DNA from: Setoptus koraiensis | Taxonomy: Eukaryota > Animalia > Arthropoda | Length of the DNA: 64,000 nucleotides | Direction of reading: 5' to 3' | Assembly (NCBI GenBank): GCA_048013815.1 | Contig: CM106585.1 | Coordinates: 1,550,001-1,614,000, forward strand | Part shown: positions 50,901 through 64,000 of the stretch, piece by piece | Numbering within the stretch: position 1 is the stretch's first letter | Layout: every line of letters starts with the position of its first letter | Program-made: the position numbers and the translations under genes | The notes under the pieces: model-generated | Databases searched by the model: none | The model's input: only the letters and a program-made list of their open reading frames with translations | What the model was told of the DNA's origin: nothing

Positions 50901-53528
50901 AAGGTTTAGCCAATAATATAAACGTGCACACATGACAGCAGCCCATACCGGCCAACAAAATAAATGACAACTCAATTCCGCTGGCCTTCACAAGTGGCGT
51001 ATCTCTAAAACGGAAGAAGGTATAAGTAACAAAAGTGGTCAACATCAGGCCCACGCTGGCCACCACTGTTGGCACAATGGCGTGTATTGAGGGCCATCTA
51101 ATATATTCCTCTGGCAATTTGCGGCACTTCATTTTGGAATCCTCGGGCCACCAGCCCGCCTTGCAAGCCTCGCAACTTGTTTCGTTTGCTTTAATCTCAT
51201 TTTCGGCACAAGCGCGACACATCCAGCAGCATATATCACCGGCGGTTATTTTCACTTCAAACATTTGGCATGGCTTTGAGCAAAACGATTCAGGTGGACC
51301 GCCTAGAATGCATTCGCCAAATTCTAGCTCGTCCAATTCTAAATTGTACTCCTTCTCGGACCATTTACCCGCCAGACTGTACTCGTAACTGACACCCACT
51401 CCGGCAAATGCGGGCGCCGCCGGATAACCACCGGGCACGGGCAATATGGGTATTCCGCCCGCGTGGTGCCGGTGCCCGCCGGCTGCCATTGAGCTGTCGT
51501 CTGGAGGGGGCAGACCCTCCTCTAATTGATCTAAACGGATACGGCCGTCCTCTTGTTGATTGTGGTGCTGCTGAAGTTGGGGCGCTAGTGCCTCGTTGTT
51601 GTGAACGATTTTATTTTGGGACGACTGTTGCTGTTGTTGCAACCATGGTTTTAACAAGTGTAAATTGCTGTTTTCTTGGACGGAATCTGCGTTGAGTGAC
51701 GCTCTCATTGACGGACTAATGCCTGCCGGGCCGGAATTTGTGTTTGTAAAATTAACTAAATCCTCATAACCGGCCTGTTGTCCGTTATATTCACCTGTTG
51801 AGCTGTCTGATTGGTCAATCATCATGGGCGGGCTAGTTTGTTCGCTTGGTTGTTGTGATGCCTGTTGATTGGCTTGATAAATAAAAAATGGTTGCTCTGA
51901 GCCATATTTGTTGTTGTTGTTGTTGCTGTTGCTATTGTTGAGCTGACTATTTACATTGAATTGTTCGCTGTTCGACGGCTCCTCGTTATTTGCTGCCGAC
52001 TTAATTCCATTGCTGGCCATGTTACTACTAGCACCAGTTGGTTCGCCTGCCGGAAGTTGAGTTCTACCAGCAATTACACCACTTCCGGCATAGATATTAC
52101 CCTGGCCACTTGCGCCAATTGCAGGCTCAAATTGACCACTGCTACTCTGTGGACCGCAAGTATCCATCGATTGAAAGCTGGCACCATTCGCGTACGATCG
52201 ACGATAGTTGTATATGTTGTATCTGCCCATTCCGTCGCCACGTTCATCGAACTTGACCTCACTTCCGGCCAAATCTGTTTTATCGATGCAGCAAAGAGAA
52301 TTGAATTAGAATGAGCATGTCGAATAAATAAATAATTAATTTTAATTCAGCACAATAATCACGGGCGCAGTTGCCGATAATGAGAGTAAATGAGAATAAA
52401 TCGGCCAATCATCTGTGATTTAATCGCAAGGTTTATTTTAGTTTAATTGAACACCATTTGGCCGCTTTCTGGCTCTTCAGTGGGCCCACGGGCCTCAGGC
52501 AAATTGTCGAATCCATGAGGACCAATTGAATACGCGTACCGTACGGGTACGTGACACGAATAAACTATTGTGTTATTCATGGACGATATAATTTGTTCGT
52601 GCCCAGATAATTCGACCGGAATATTATATATGTAAATAGATCCCGGTCACCTATGACTCATAGGCTATGACTATTACGAACCGGTGAAAGAATCGATCTT
52701 TTTGCATTATCATATATTATATATCTCATAATAGACTGCCAGCCCCATGCTTCACTAACTCAATCACGTCAGAGTGGAATAACAAACTGATCGTTGTTAC
52801 CTGATGGCAAACAAAGGCTGAATGAATGAATACAGTTGCAATACTATGCAATAGAAATAATCGGAATGTTTCAATTGACAGTTGTGAGTGACCGTAAGAT
52901 GCTCGATCTATCAATAGTTACAAACAGTTTACGATTCTAATGCAACACGACACTTTTAGCTGTCAATAAATACAAGGAAAAGCTACTATGGTCGTTTATC
53001 TGTCATCGTTCTGTCCATTTAGCCAATTGGACATAATCAGCTGCGTGTCTCGACATTAACACTGCAATGTAGCCTCGTTTCTGATGTGTGTTCCAAAACA
53101 GAAAAGAGGCCCGAGCTAAACATATTGCAAAAACGATTATGCAGTTGAATGGAACTGAGGGACTCAAAAGAATTTACATTATTTGACTATGCCCGCCTAA
53201 CTGGTTAATGACACTCTTTTTCTTATCATTAGTCAGCGCAATCGGATGACAATTCTCGAACAAAATAATACTATTCTTAGTGCACAAATTTGGGCCGATG
53301 TTCGGGCCAATGGCTTGTTCGGAGAAAAAAAGCTCGTATCTAGACTTGACAGGATGTTGGTGAGCCTCTCATTAGAGCAAGAAGCCACCAAGATGATACA
53401 TGCAGTTATTATTGTCGTTGCTGCTTGTTGGCGGCGGATCATTTGTGAGTCACAGATTGTGAGTGATCATTAGGGACACATCGAGTGGGATCAAAAAGAG
53501 GCCCAACAGCGACCGAACAGCAACTTGA

Positions 53529-53562
<34 letters not shown>

Positions 53563-56500
53563 CATCTCTCTCCATATATGTATATCTGTCTATTCTTCAA
53601 GTTATCGACTTAGTATCACTAAGTTAGTTGATAGTTGCGCCACTGAATGGCTTCTTTTTCGAATGCTTAGTCGAGGCTGTTTTTATTGTTTGTCGCTCGA
53701 TTGTCGGTACACACTAAATACAATCTAGATACGATAACCGGTAAGAGGATTCTTTGTCGCTCATTATTCCGTCGCGAGTCGCGACAAGTGGCCGGCTCAA
53801 GTCACGCTTATACTTATACGGTGCACCTTGTACCTTGGCCGCGCCTCAGCCGCATCTCGGGGCCGTATCATTGATACGGTATCAAGCATCGCATATCAAG
53901 TATCAATAATGAGACATTATTCACCGATACAGTTGAGTGGCCGGTGGCCCAATTGAGCTATCAATTGTATTGCAGCCGGCGGCACAAATTGCGCACCGTG
54001 GCTCGCTATTCTCAACGAAAAAGGCAATAATAATGATATTGATAATCTTGCCATATCAGCAAAATGTTATTAGCCCTTCACTGTGTTAGAAGGCCGTCCA
54101 GCAGGGGGCCCGATACATAGCAAGCCCCATCAAGCAAGATAATAATTATGATAACTCTCTCAATCATCGCTGCATCTTGTCGATTGTGTCAGTTAAGTTG
54201 CACTCGGGCAAATGTGAGCCGGGCAAATGTAGTGACCATTCGCATTTGGTCTGAGCCGCTTATTATTGTCAGCATGCAATCCATAATAATAATAAAACTC
54301 GAGCTAAGATAGTTACAGGATTTGAAATCCATTCGATGGGCCTCAATCGTCAGCTGGAACAACTCGTTAGCGGGAATAAGTCGGCCTCTCGGATCGACTC
54401 TGTTAAGGAGCTTATAATCTTGCATTAGAACAATAATGACACTTTTGCTGGTTTTGCAGCTGACGTTTCTCAGGTTAACTTATCGACAGCAAACAGGTTG
54501 CATCGAGCTGCATCGGCTGAAAACCAATTCACTGACAATGAGCTTTGTCATGACGACGCCAAAAGAGCGAGCTATCAACCAACGGTTACTTAGTGACACA
54601 TTATTGCTACGATCGTTGCTATATTTTCGCGCCGGTAATTGACTTCGAATAGCAGGATACATTTGCTGTACGACTTTGACTTGTCCACGAACTCTTGCCG
54701 TTTGATCACAATTTCGCTGGCGTGCAATTGTTGTGAAACTTAATTGCAATTGGTAGCAATTGTCACAATTCTGATTAGCTAGCTGCGCAAAAGCGTGATT
54801 TTTGGCACCACTTGCTGAGTTTCGATCAAGTGTCGTCATTGTAGACAGTTTACAGCAAATCGACTTTGCATTTGGAAACTCATAACATGAAACATTTATC
54901 ACCTAAGGGATGTTACGTGCTGATAAGATGTTGCTGCTGTTTAAATGAAACAAAAAAGATGCTGCTCTAAAGAAGACGAAACCAGTGCGACAATTCCAAT
55001 GCAGCAACTCGGAAATTAACTTGTCGTCAATAATGACAGACAAAGGCAGACCCTTTTGGCCTCTTTTGCATTCATCTAGCTAGAAGTAGCTGGTTGAATG
55101 CAGCTGCAGCAGCGCCACCTCATCATGTCATTGATAACGATAATCGGACAATCTAATAAGCCGAAAACAATTGCATTGCAAGTTCAGCTAACCATTACGG
55201 TCAGCATTCGCTTACTTTGCACAATCGCCGCTATGCTGTTATACCTGGTATATAAAACACTTGCCACCTACCTTGCTACATCAAATGACGTAACAGAACG
55301 TCAGAACGGGCAACAGAGTATATATATATATTGTAAGGGACAGGGCAGGGTATATATAGCATAATAGTGATTGAGGATGGGGAACCAGTTAGGAGCAATG
55401 ACACCAATGGCACAGTCAGAGATATACGTTGCTACATAGGGATGCTGTCAAGTGGCCCAAGTTGAAATGCCCCCGAGTTAACAATATGATGATGAAGATG
55501 ACAATAATGACTACGACCATGACGTAACAGTATAATAATAGTAAGAGCATGCAAGAAGAGAATTCGCAGAGATCTGCAAATAAGAAAGCGTGACATAGAT
55601 AGATAGATTTAAATCTAATTCAGTAATAAGTGATAAAATTACAGAATTAGATTTAGTGGATGGAGTAGCGAGCAAAAAGCGCGGTTGTAGTTGCAATTGA
55701 CACACAATTGGATCACACACTACACAACTTGCAATAGACCGAGAATAGACCGAGAAAGGGACCGAGAAAGAGACCGAGAAAGGGACCGAGAATTGGCCAC
55801 CGAGATGGCTGACTTTGCAGCGAGCTTTCATGTTGCACAAACGTCTCAAATCGAATGAGTTAAATTTGAAAAAGGAGGCGATAATGAGATGCGTCCTCAA
55901 TGTCACTCAACTCGTATAACTATTATCTAACAAGTTATCTCTTTTGTTGCTCGCCAACTAGATACACAGCTGGCGATATAGGCCAACCACTTTATCAAGT
56001 GCTGCCAGTAATTCCACTGGGGCCTTGTCCAATCCAAGGAGACAATCTTTTTTGTGCTTGCCGGTTGCGACAACACAATTTAACTAGATCTGTCTCTTTC
56101 ACTATGTGCCCAGTTGAATCGATTAAATCTTTTTCCTAGTGCCTATTGCTGGAAATAGTCTACTTGGGGCCCCCTGTCAGACGCATACGCGCGCAGCGAA
56201 AATGTTGAGCGTGTTGACTTGGTCAACTGCTGAATGAATGCCGCTGCTGATAGTGTATTATGGTGAGGCCAAAGAAACAAATCGTCCCTTCTGCTGCTGC
56301 TGCTGCCACTGCCACCATATTGTCGTTGCATCAAATTAATTCTATATTAAATAGATCAGCCAGACAGAGGGACAGAATTGCATTAATTCAATGCATTCTT
56401 CAATCTGATTAACAGCCAAGCAGCAATGCCACAAACGACACAAGCATACTAATGCCCCACTTCCGGTCACATCTAGCTTACCAGATCGAGCTAAACCATA

Positions 56501-59500
56501 ATCGTTCGTTAGTTATTCTCATTGTGTTGCGCAATAGTGACGGTAGGTTAACGGAGTATCAATTGACCGGAATTGGGGTTATTAGTTATGGTCGATTGTG
56601 ATTGACACACAAAAGAAGATCGATTTTTTCTTTGTATAGCAAACAAAAACAGCAATTCAGGGATAGTTTCCCATCTTCGAACCTTCTCGCTTGTCATTTG
56701 GTCGGCAGAAAATGTGCAACATTCGTCAAGTTTCGACCTTCTTAGTGACATATACTATTAGGTCGTTTAATGTTCGAGAAACTCAATTTCTCTGGTTACA
56801 GGTCCATGGTGCAAGAATATTTTCCTTCTTAGAGATGCAAATTACACTGGTACAAAGTTGAAAATTTCAACAATTCCAGTCACACTTCGAAAAAAGTGCT
56901 TACGCGGAAAACCTTATTCACACGAGATCCGAACAAACTGAAGCCTAAATCTTCTCTCCTGTTCGAGCAACGAAAAAGAAAGTCTATCGTAACTTCAACA
57001 AAGGCCTAGTTACTGGAGCAATCGCGATTTTATGAAAATTTTTCATAAATCTATGCGCGCCATATACCGTATAAGTTATACGTCATTTATCACTGGCACG
57101 TTTTTGCAAGAAATTTTCAACTTCTCAATTAGTGCGCTTGCTACCATTAAAAATAGGGGCGATATGCGCCGCAAGAATTTTTCAAATATCCAGGGAATGG
57201 CGAAAAAGTTGAAAAAAAGAATTTCTATACCGACGGTTTCACGATTTATCGGATCAGAGTCGCTGTTTTTTTTTGGTCTGAGTTTTCAGCAAATGAGATT
57301 CCCCTCGTTAGTTCTTTCTCAGTCTCTGATGGCGTTCGTCGGATGTCAGCTTATTGTTTGTGCCAATTAGGGTGACATGCCACATAAAAATGATAATGAT
57401 TATACAATAAGAATATTGTCTAAAAGGCCAACCGATTGATGACTTACCCAAAAAGGACACGTTAAGTAGATACTTGGTGTAAAAGTCGCCCCCTATAATG
57501 ATAATTGACGCCAGCAGAGCCATTATTATTGACAGTGTCGTTGCGAGACAAATGTTTGTTTGTGCGAGGAGGGCAAGATAAATAAAAGACAAATAGTGGT
57601 TATATAGATAGATAGTATATATTAGATGATGCTAATAAAATGAGAGTCTGTGAGTAGTATCAGCTCAATGCAATTTGTCGTTGATTAATGGTATTGCACG
57701 AATCATCGAACGTGCATGAATGCATCATTGAGACGAGCCCCGTTTTCTAGCCACTGTAGCGTGTGCTGCGCATAGTGGCGAGAAAAGAAAAGTTGGGGCC
57801 GTTTTTGGGGCCGTTACTTGGTAGGGGGATATTTACCGCTCAACTCCTTAAGTGCCTCGCAAACCACTCCGGGCCTTGCGTCGCATAAATCCGACCAGGC
57901 GTGATGAAGAGCGTGAGCCATGGCGTATACGGCATCAACAACAAATTGCACTTTCTGCTCTTGACGATAACCATTTGATTCTGAGATATGCAAATTAGGC
58001 GAACAAATCTCACTTATTGTTTGCTGTTGCTGTGGTTGCTGTTGGCCATTGCCGTTGGCATTGTAGCCACCGTTGCTTTGAATGAATGAATGGACGCCAT
58101 GTTGATTTGTTGTTGTTGTTGTTGGCTGATAAAAAGAAGTGAAATCATTATCTCTCTTTCTTCTATTTCTGGCTGTTGTTGCTGGCACTGTTTTGGCTCG
58201 CTCTTTAAAATCTTCTCCTTGTGCCATTGGCTTGCCAGCAATGCCACTTTTAGACTTTTTATCATCATTGCTGTTCCTTTGTTCTTTAGCTTGCCCACTG
58301 TCTAACGGACTCTTATCTGGCGTCTTGGTGGTGCTGGTTGTTGTTGGCGTTGTTGTAGTTGTTGTAGTTGTTGTAGCTGTTGTAGTTGTTGTTGCCGCTG
58401 TTGTTGTTGTGGTTGCCAGCGTGTCCGTTACTAAAGTCGTATACATTTTGTTGGCCTTTTGACGCAAGGAGGCGCCAGCGTTTATTTTATTTGAGCTCAT
58501 TGTTTCGTTGCTGTTAGAATGGGTGCCATTTGCAAATTGATCCAACAAACCGCTCCCATTCAAGGCTTGGCCGGCCCCAGTCTGGCCACTGTTAATTATT
58601 AGCTTATTGTTGTCTAGTTGATTGTGCAAACTATGCCCGCTGCTGTTGTCCATATTGGCATGTTTGTTTTCAATTTGTTGTTGTTGTTTTTCTGCATCTA
58701 TTGAATGCGTGATCACCGTGATACTATTTTTGCCCTCTTTGTCGTCTTTGTGTCGCAAAATAGTCACCTTACTGCTAATGGACCCCATCGATTGTTGATT
58801 ATCTGTGATGTGTAAAAGAGGTGATTTGTTCGCTAGTAGTTTGTTGTTGCTGTTTTGTGTTGCTAGCAATGAGCGCGCCGAACGACCCGCGGGTTCGTCC
58901 GTCATTTCCGGTTGCATTTGGGTTGCCCCATCATTGTTGGGCGTTTGGTCGGTGTCCAATAAAAGACTGTCCAACAGTGGTTGTGTTGTTTGTTGCTGAA
59001 GATCCGATTCTATATCTAAACTATTATCACTTAGGCGGCTAACTCTGACATTTGGCTCTATCAGATAATTTGTTTGGCGTCGTCTATTGGTGTTGCTGTT
59101 GCTGTTGTCGTTGCTGCTTGAGTCAGCTATATACGTTTGCATACTGTTCATTGTGCCCTGATGCAAATGTTGCCGATATTGGTGCTGATGTTGATGCTGT
59201 TGCTGCTGTTGTTGTTGCTGTTGGTCGTCTTCATCTTGGTCCTCTAAATGCAAATAACAATTAAACCATTCTTGCCAATATTCCTCGAACCAGGGATTAC
59301 GTTTATTGTTGTATGGGGTGAGATTTTTCATATAATCATCAAACTCAGGTATGTGCTTATTGGACAGCTCCACTGTTATGGCTCCCCAAGCGGCCTCCTC
59401 AACGCCCTCAACCAATTTTCTGTGAGTGCCCCAACCGTCGGCCGCTACCCAAAAGAAATGATTTGTCTTTTTGGCCTTTTTCACAGCGGCCAATAAATGT

Positions 59501-59841
59501 TGCGTATCCTCGGCACGGGTAAACAAAACAATACCCCTGGCCCGTTTTTTTAACAATTCTCTCACTATGGCATCAAAAACAAATTCGTCAGCTGTGGGCG
59601 GAACTTTCTCATGGGCAGCTATACAAATACTCCTATTGGCCGCTTGTTTCATAAATTCCTTACTGCCAGAATCTCCATACAAGCCCTCGCTACTGACCAG
59701 CGACACATAGGTCCATTTGAGGCTCCGCTGGACAATGTCGGCAATGGCGCGCGCTTGGAATGTGTCAGATGGAACGGTACGCGCGAACAAATCGTATAGT
59801 GTCTTGTCGCTTAATGAGGTGGCAGTGGAGGCATAACTCAC
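45304..59841 (-). CDS. mGluR: Metabotropic glutamate receptor (class C GPCR, Drosophila mGluRA-like), 5'-partial, 2479 aa in window
   Basis: Exons 59841-57837, 57492-57448, 52274-50869, 50670-50515, 49434-49150, 49042-48790, 48593-45304 have consistent phases (7440 nt). VFT motifs: VSYASTATSLSDK..FARTVPSD, WVAADGWG, NPWFEEYW, FVVDAVYAMAHALH, FDERGDGMGRY. Cys-rich domain: ESFCSKPC..CCWMCRAC. 7TM: [73 protein letters not shown]. The N-terminal exons were not found in the window. Confidence 0.93.
48648..48720. repeat. 19-bp tandem repeat (about 3.8 copies) in the last mGluR intron
   Basis: TATCACAACATTTAGACAG x3 followed by TATTACAATATTTAGA. Confidence 0.95.
55737..55793. repeat. Degenerate 12-bp tandem repeat (GACCGAGAAAGG-like, about 5 copies)
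   Basis: GACCGAGAATA GACCGAGAAAGG GACCGAGAAAGA GACCGAGAAAGG GACCGAGAATT, in an mGluR intron. Confidence 0.85.
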
Positions 59842-62800
59842 CTGATTGATTGGATCGGTCGTGTGGGCGTTCGTGTTGGATCAGGTCGGACCGCATTGGG
59901 TTGGAACGGACGGTATCGCGTCGGATTAGATCGAGTGGGCGAGAGAGAGAGAGAGAGAGAGAGAGCGACAGGATTGTTATTGAGCATGTTGACGTGATTG
60001 GATTGTTTACAAAAGACAGTAGTTGTAGTGGCTCATTAGTCAGGTTAGTTAATGAGTTGTATCTGCTCGTGGGCCTCATTTCGCGTCGCTATTTCGTGTT
60101 GTTTTCGGGCCAGAGCCTGACTGTCGACACACACGTTTTCTTATCGGCTACTAGACAAACATTTGGGCGGTGGCACACCGAACAGCCAAGAAAAAATACG
60201 CGCCGATTCTCGCCGTTTAATTAGAGCCAACCATCGTGGCCAATCAGCGCCTAATGAAATTCGTCAAGACCTCTTATTTTGTTGCTGCTTTTGCAACTGG
60301 CCTCTCGGGCGCTCATCCAACAGTGGCCGCCGTTTCGAAGGCAACACATACCCGTTGACGCGAACAAATTCATTTGCCCAACACCAAAATTCCTGCGAAT
60401 GCAACTGGAAATTTATCCCCCGGGGCCAGCTCGCTAATCAAAAGATAGTTGGCTCACTCGTCGAGTCGTGCGCTTTCCGACCGCACAACCGCCGAATTGC
60501 GGGCCGATTTGTGGCTGTTGGCAAGGTCGTTGGCCATTATTGTTTATTTGCCAGCTAATGGCCGCCGTCAGGCTGAGCTAACAAGGCGGCCGCAAACGAC
60601 GCAAGATTTATTTAGACTAAAAGAATTATATAATGATGCGCTGCCAGTTAGCGATCACACAGGGGAGATATCAAATCTGTTGGCTCCATCTATTCGCTGA
60701 TATGAGCTGATATGAGAGGCGGGACATACATTTATCATTCATTATCACCCTTCTTTTCACTAACAAACTATCCATTCTATTCATTCCGTTTGCTGCTTAT
60801 TTTCGTTATTTGTTGGTGCGTTTGCATTTTCGGTTCGCGTACGAGCCAGCAAGCAAGCAGAATATTTATTTCCAGTATTTGCCGTTCAGTATTTTTGCCT
60901 GTATTTCTCGTTGCCATTATATAACCATTTGCACATGTACATGAGCAAATGTTTCAGCAACAACAGCAGCAACAACAAGCGTAAAATAAGCTCACAATAG
61001 CGAGATAGAATGCATACACACATGATCGATCTGTCCATGATACAAACGTACAGTTTGTCATTTGGGCTTATGGCTCAAGCGCTGTTTTCGTATTGTTTTT
61101 GCTGCCGGCATCGACATGGCAACTGGCGGCCAAACATTAGACTAGATTGTTGCTCGTGATGTTTGCGTCAGACGGTCAGATGGACGGCGACAGACAGATA
61201 GCGACAGACAGCGCGAGAGCCAACGGTCAGCAAACGAAAAAACGCAAGTGAAAAAGGAAGTAAAAAAGCAATGACCATCACGAGTCAACTGAACATTGGA
61301 TGATGGCAATATGATACTTATGTTTATAATGGCCACCTAGTGAACTCGTTGCGTTACATAATGCGCGGTCGCAACCGAATTGTCGAGTGAGTTTGTGGCC
61401 ATTGGCGGTGACAATATTGCACGCTTCAGACATTATGGTTGTCGCTGGCCTCAAGTGTTGAGCAACGTCTAACTGTCCGTCTGATGATGATGGTCGCTTG
61501 ATTGTTGTTGCTGGTGCCGTTGCAGTTCATATCGCACGGCCACATTCGCCGGATTTGCTGTCTCTTTCATTGGGTCTCTCCGGCTGGCCAGTTCAGCAAA
61601 AAACAGCAACAAAAAACAGCAACAACAAATGACCAACAACAACTAACACACAAGTTTATGTAGCGACTGATGGGAGGCGCGCGAGGGGAGCGAGCCGGCG
61701 ATCGGGGCAGCCAGGCATTATTAGTGGCACTAGAAATAGAATATTATTCTTTTCTCTCGTGATATAATGAGATAACTTGTTAGTTAGCTGCTGTTGGCCG
61801 TCAACACAAAACAGCTCGGTATCTCGCATAAAACAAAGAACAACAGCAACGGATGGACAGAGCGACAGAGAGAAGCAGCAGCCCAGAGAACAACAATGAG
61901 CCGAATAAACAAAGCACCATAATGATTATATAATATAAGCAAGCACGGTGTTCATTTGTGAATGGGTTGCTGCCGAAATAAAAGAAGCTATTTGCACGAA
62001 CACACTGGCATAGATTGGAGAAGCGTCACACACTCAGATGGATGCAAAATGGAAAATGGGCGACGGGCAACAAACTCGCAAAATACACACACACACACAC
62101 ACTCGAGCGGCCTGATGATGATATAATCATTTTCAAAGTTGAAATCCCAGTTGGCGGGCAAGCTTCGATGCTGTCAGTTGTAGCTAGTGGGGCCACTATT
62201 CAGCAGAATAGTGAATTCGGCGGGGCCCCGATGGCCTGAAAATTGAAATTCTCGAGCCATCGGGGGCCGCAGGTTGATGATGTGATGATGCCTATGGCAG
62301 CGTCATAATAAACGACAGCATGGCGACCAATGATGATCCGTCGGCTCCCATTGGCCAATGATTATTATCTGGCGCATCCTGCAACAACCGGCGCACAACC
62401 ACTGGGCCCGTCGGCCAACAACAATCGTTGTTGCAATCGTTGATCTGTCTAGTTTATGGGTTAGGTCAGGCGCCCAGCTAGGCGACATTGCGTCATACAG
62501 TGACACGACGACATTGTGATAGTACGATAGCGTGACAGCGTGTGTATGTAGGTCTCATTCGGACAACACTTATATCGCCTGGCTAGTAAATAGAAATCCG
62601 TTTGTAATTTTATCTTTTAGTCTCAGGTTTGTTGGCTACTTTAGGCGCAGTCATCATCATTAATCATCGTCATCCTTCGCTACTTAACAGCCAGCCGACT
62701 AGCGACTCACTAGCGGGTGAGCGAGACGACCAGCCGGCCCGACTCAGTGGGGCCCCGTTGAAGTGACTAAAGTGGTACCCAAATTAAAGTTTGCCAAGAG

Positions 62801-64000
62801 TGGCTCGAACAAGTGAAGCGACTTTTGCCAGCACTGAGTGTATGCCGGCCACTTGATCTGGCCACTGGCTAGTCAGTTGTGCCGGTTCAATTCGTTTAAT
62901 TTGTTCAGTTTAGTTGTTTTCGTAGAGTCGCTAGTGGGGCCGCTGGCAGCGCCACTGGTGGCGCCCATCTGTGGAGCCATTGGTGGGACCACCAGTAATG
63001 GCGGCCGCGGGTTCCGCTGGCGGGGGCGCCCCATTTGATGGGAGCTGAACTGATCCTGAAGTGTGATCATGCCGGATGAAAACACACAAACACACAGGCG
63101 CACTCTGTTTTGGTCTTGCCATTACAATGGTTGGCACCCAAAGGCCAGGGGGCGCCAGAGGGCAGGCAAGCGTGAAACTGCAGTTGCAACTTGCAATAAG
63201 CCGGACGCCACCTATCAGATAAGGGCGATTGACTTGCTGATAAGCTGATGAGTTGTTGCTTGCTTAGCTCGAAATGGAGCCAAACAGATTGAGACATTTG
63301 GATGGCGCAAAACAACTGGCGCTGTATGACAGGCAAATTTCGCTTGAAAATTTTGCCAGTAACTGGGCCCATCTTGCAGTTATGACACATGCACACCGAC
63401 TATGGATGCCGAAACCGAATTGAAGCGAACCGGAAAAGCCTAATGCCGTGCCTATTGTTTTGTCCATTGTGTTTGTTGGGCGTTTGCTCAAAAAATAAAT
63501 TCATCTCGTTACAATGCAGTTTACCGTTAGATGGAGCATCTCTACTGAGAACTTGCTAGTCACAACTCGCGAGTCACAACTTGTGACAGTCAGCTGTGAG
63601 TCGGAAGTGCCAATAAGCAATACCATGGCGCCACACGTACACTGTAGATATTGGCGAGCGCGATAAATGCTAATGGAAGGGCGCGATAATGCCGATAATA
63701 ACAATCAAATGAATTTGCAAATTTGTCATCAATTGACGCCATTAGAGGCGCTCATAATGCTCTGTTGGCCTCTATCGAGATAGCGGCTTGTGAATGAGAA
63801 GCAACTCATGTGTAAGAGAGGATAAACAATTCAGTGTCCAGCGACAATTCAGTGTGGACAGTCATTAAATTGTTTAGCAGGGGCCTATATAATGTTGATC
63901 GATGAACATTTACATATCATCATAATCGCAATCGAAATTGCAATCATAATCATTGTCACGGTGCTCGTCATGTTCGCCGTGACTCGGGTGCTGGTCGCAA

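Noticed and set aside
56760-57300. Compositionally distinct stretch resembling a transposon remnant in an mGluR intron
   Set aside because: No TIR, TSD or transposase motif could be identified.
58014-59799. Alternative-frame and antisense ORFs over the mGluR VFT exon
   Set aside because: They are shadow ORFs of a clear CDS, with poly-V/L/C composition from CAA/ACA repeats.
59842-64000. Search for the N-terminal mGluR exons (GVIG...VANLLRLF..IPQ)
   Set aside because: No matching frame was found by eye; the region is treated as intron with the exons beyond the window.

Overview
This is eukaryotic, AT-rich, gene-dense animal DNA with GT-AG introns and two 500-N scaffold gaps (2372-2871, 38571-39070). 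The gene content, intronless housekeeping genes and N/Q/H-rich expansions suggest an arthropod, most plausibly a mite with an intron-poor genome; this is inference, not a database result. Genes in order: partial SYK/ZAP70-type tandem-SH2 gene (-), Mpv17-like (-), TMEM79-like (-), IQSEC/BRAG ArfGEF (+, 6 exons), two tandem cathepsin A-type S10 carboxypeptidases (-), a coiled-coil orphan (+), melted/VEPH1 (-) that appears to lack most of its PH domain, NDUFA8 (+, two near-identical copies), EFL1 (+, intronless), a secreted orphan (-) and a 5'-partial, very large metabotropic glutamate receptor (-, 7 exons, 2479 aa in-window). The 33-42 kb region is a shattered duplication containing GMDS, EFL1 and LRR-like fragments plus MITEs. 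Four short TIR elements were found (two hAT-like, two Tc1/mariner-like). The best leads are: (1) the mGluR with ~415-aa and ~270-aa ectodomain inserts, a furin-type site and a ~1150-aa tail; (2) the PH-truncated Melted; (3) a predicted spliced secreted protein overlapping the NDUFA8 CDS in antisense; (4) the gene-fragment mosaic; (5) localized divergence between the carboxypeptidase paralogs. There are no prokaryotic features, CRISPR arrays, or recognisable tRNA/rRNA genes. All exon models were read by eye and need RNA confirmation.
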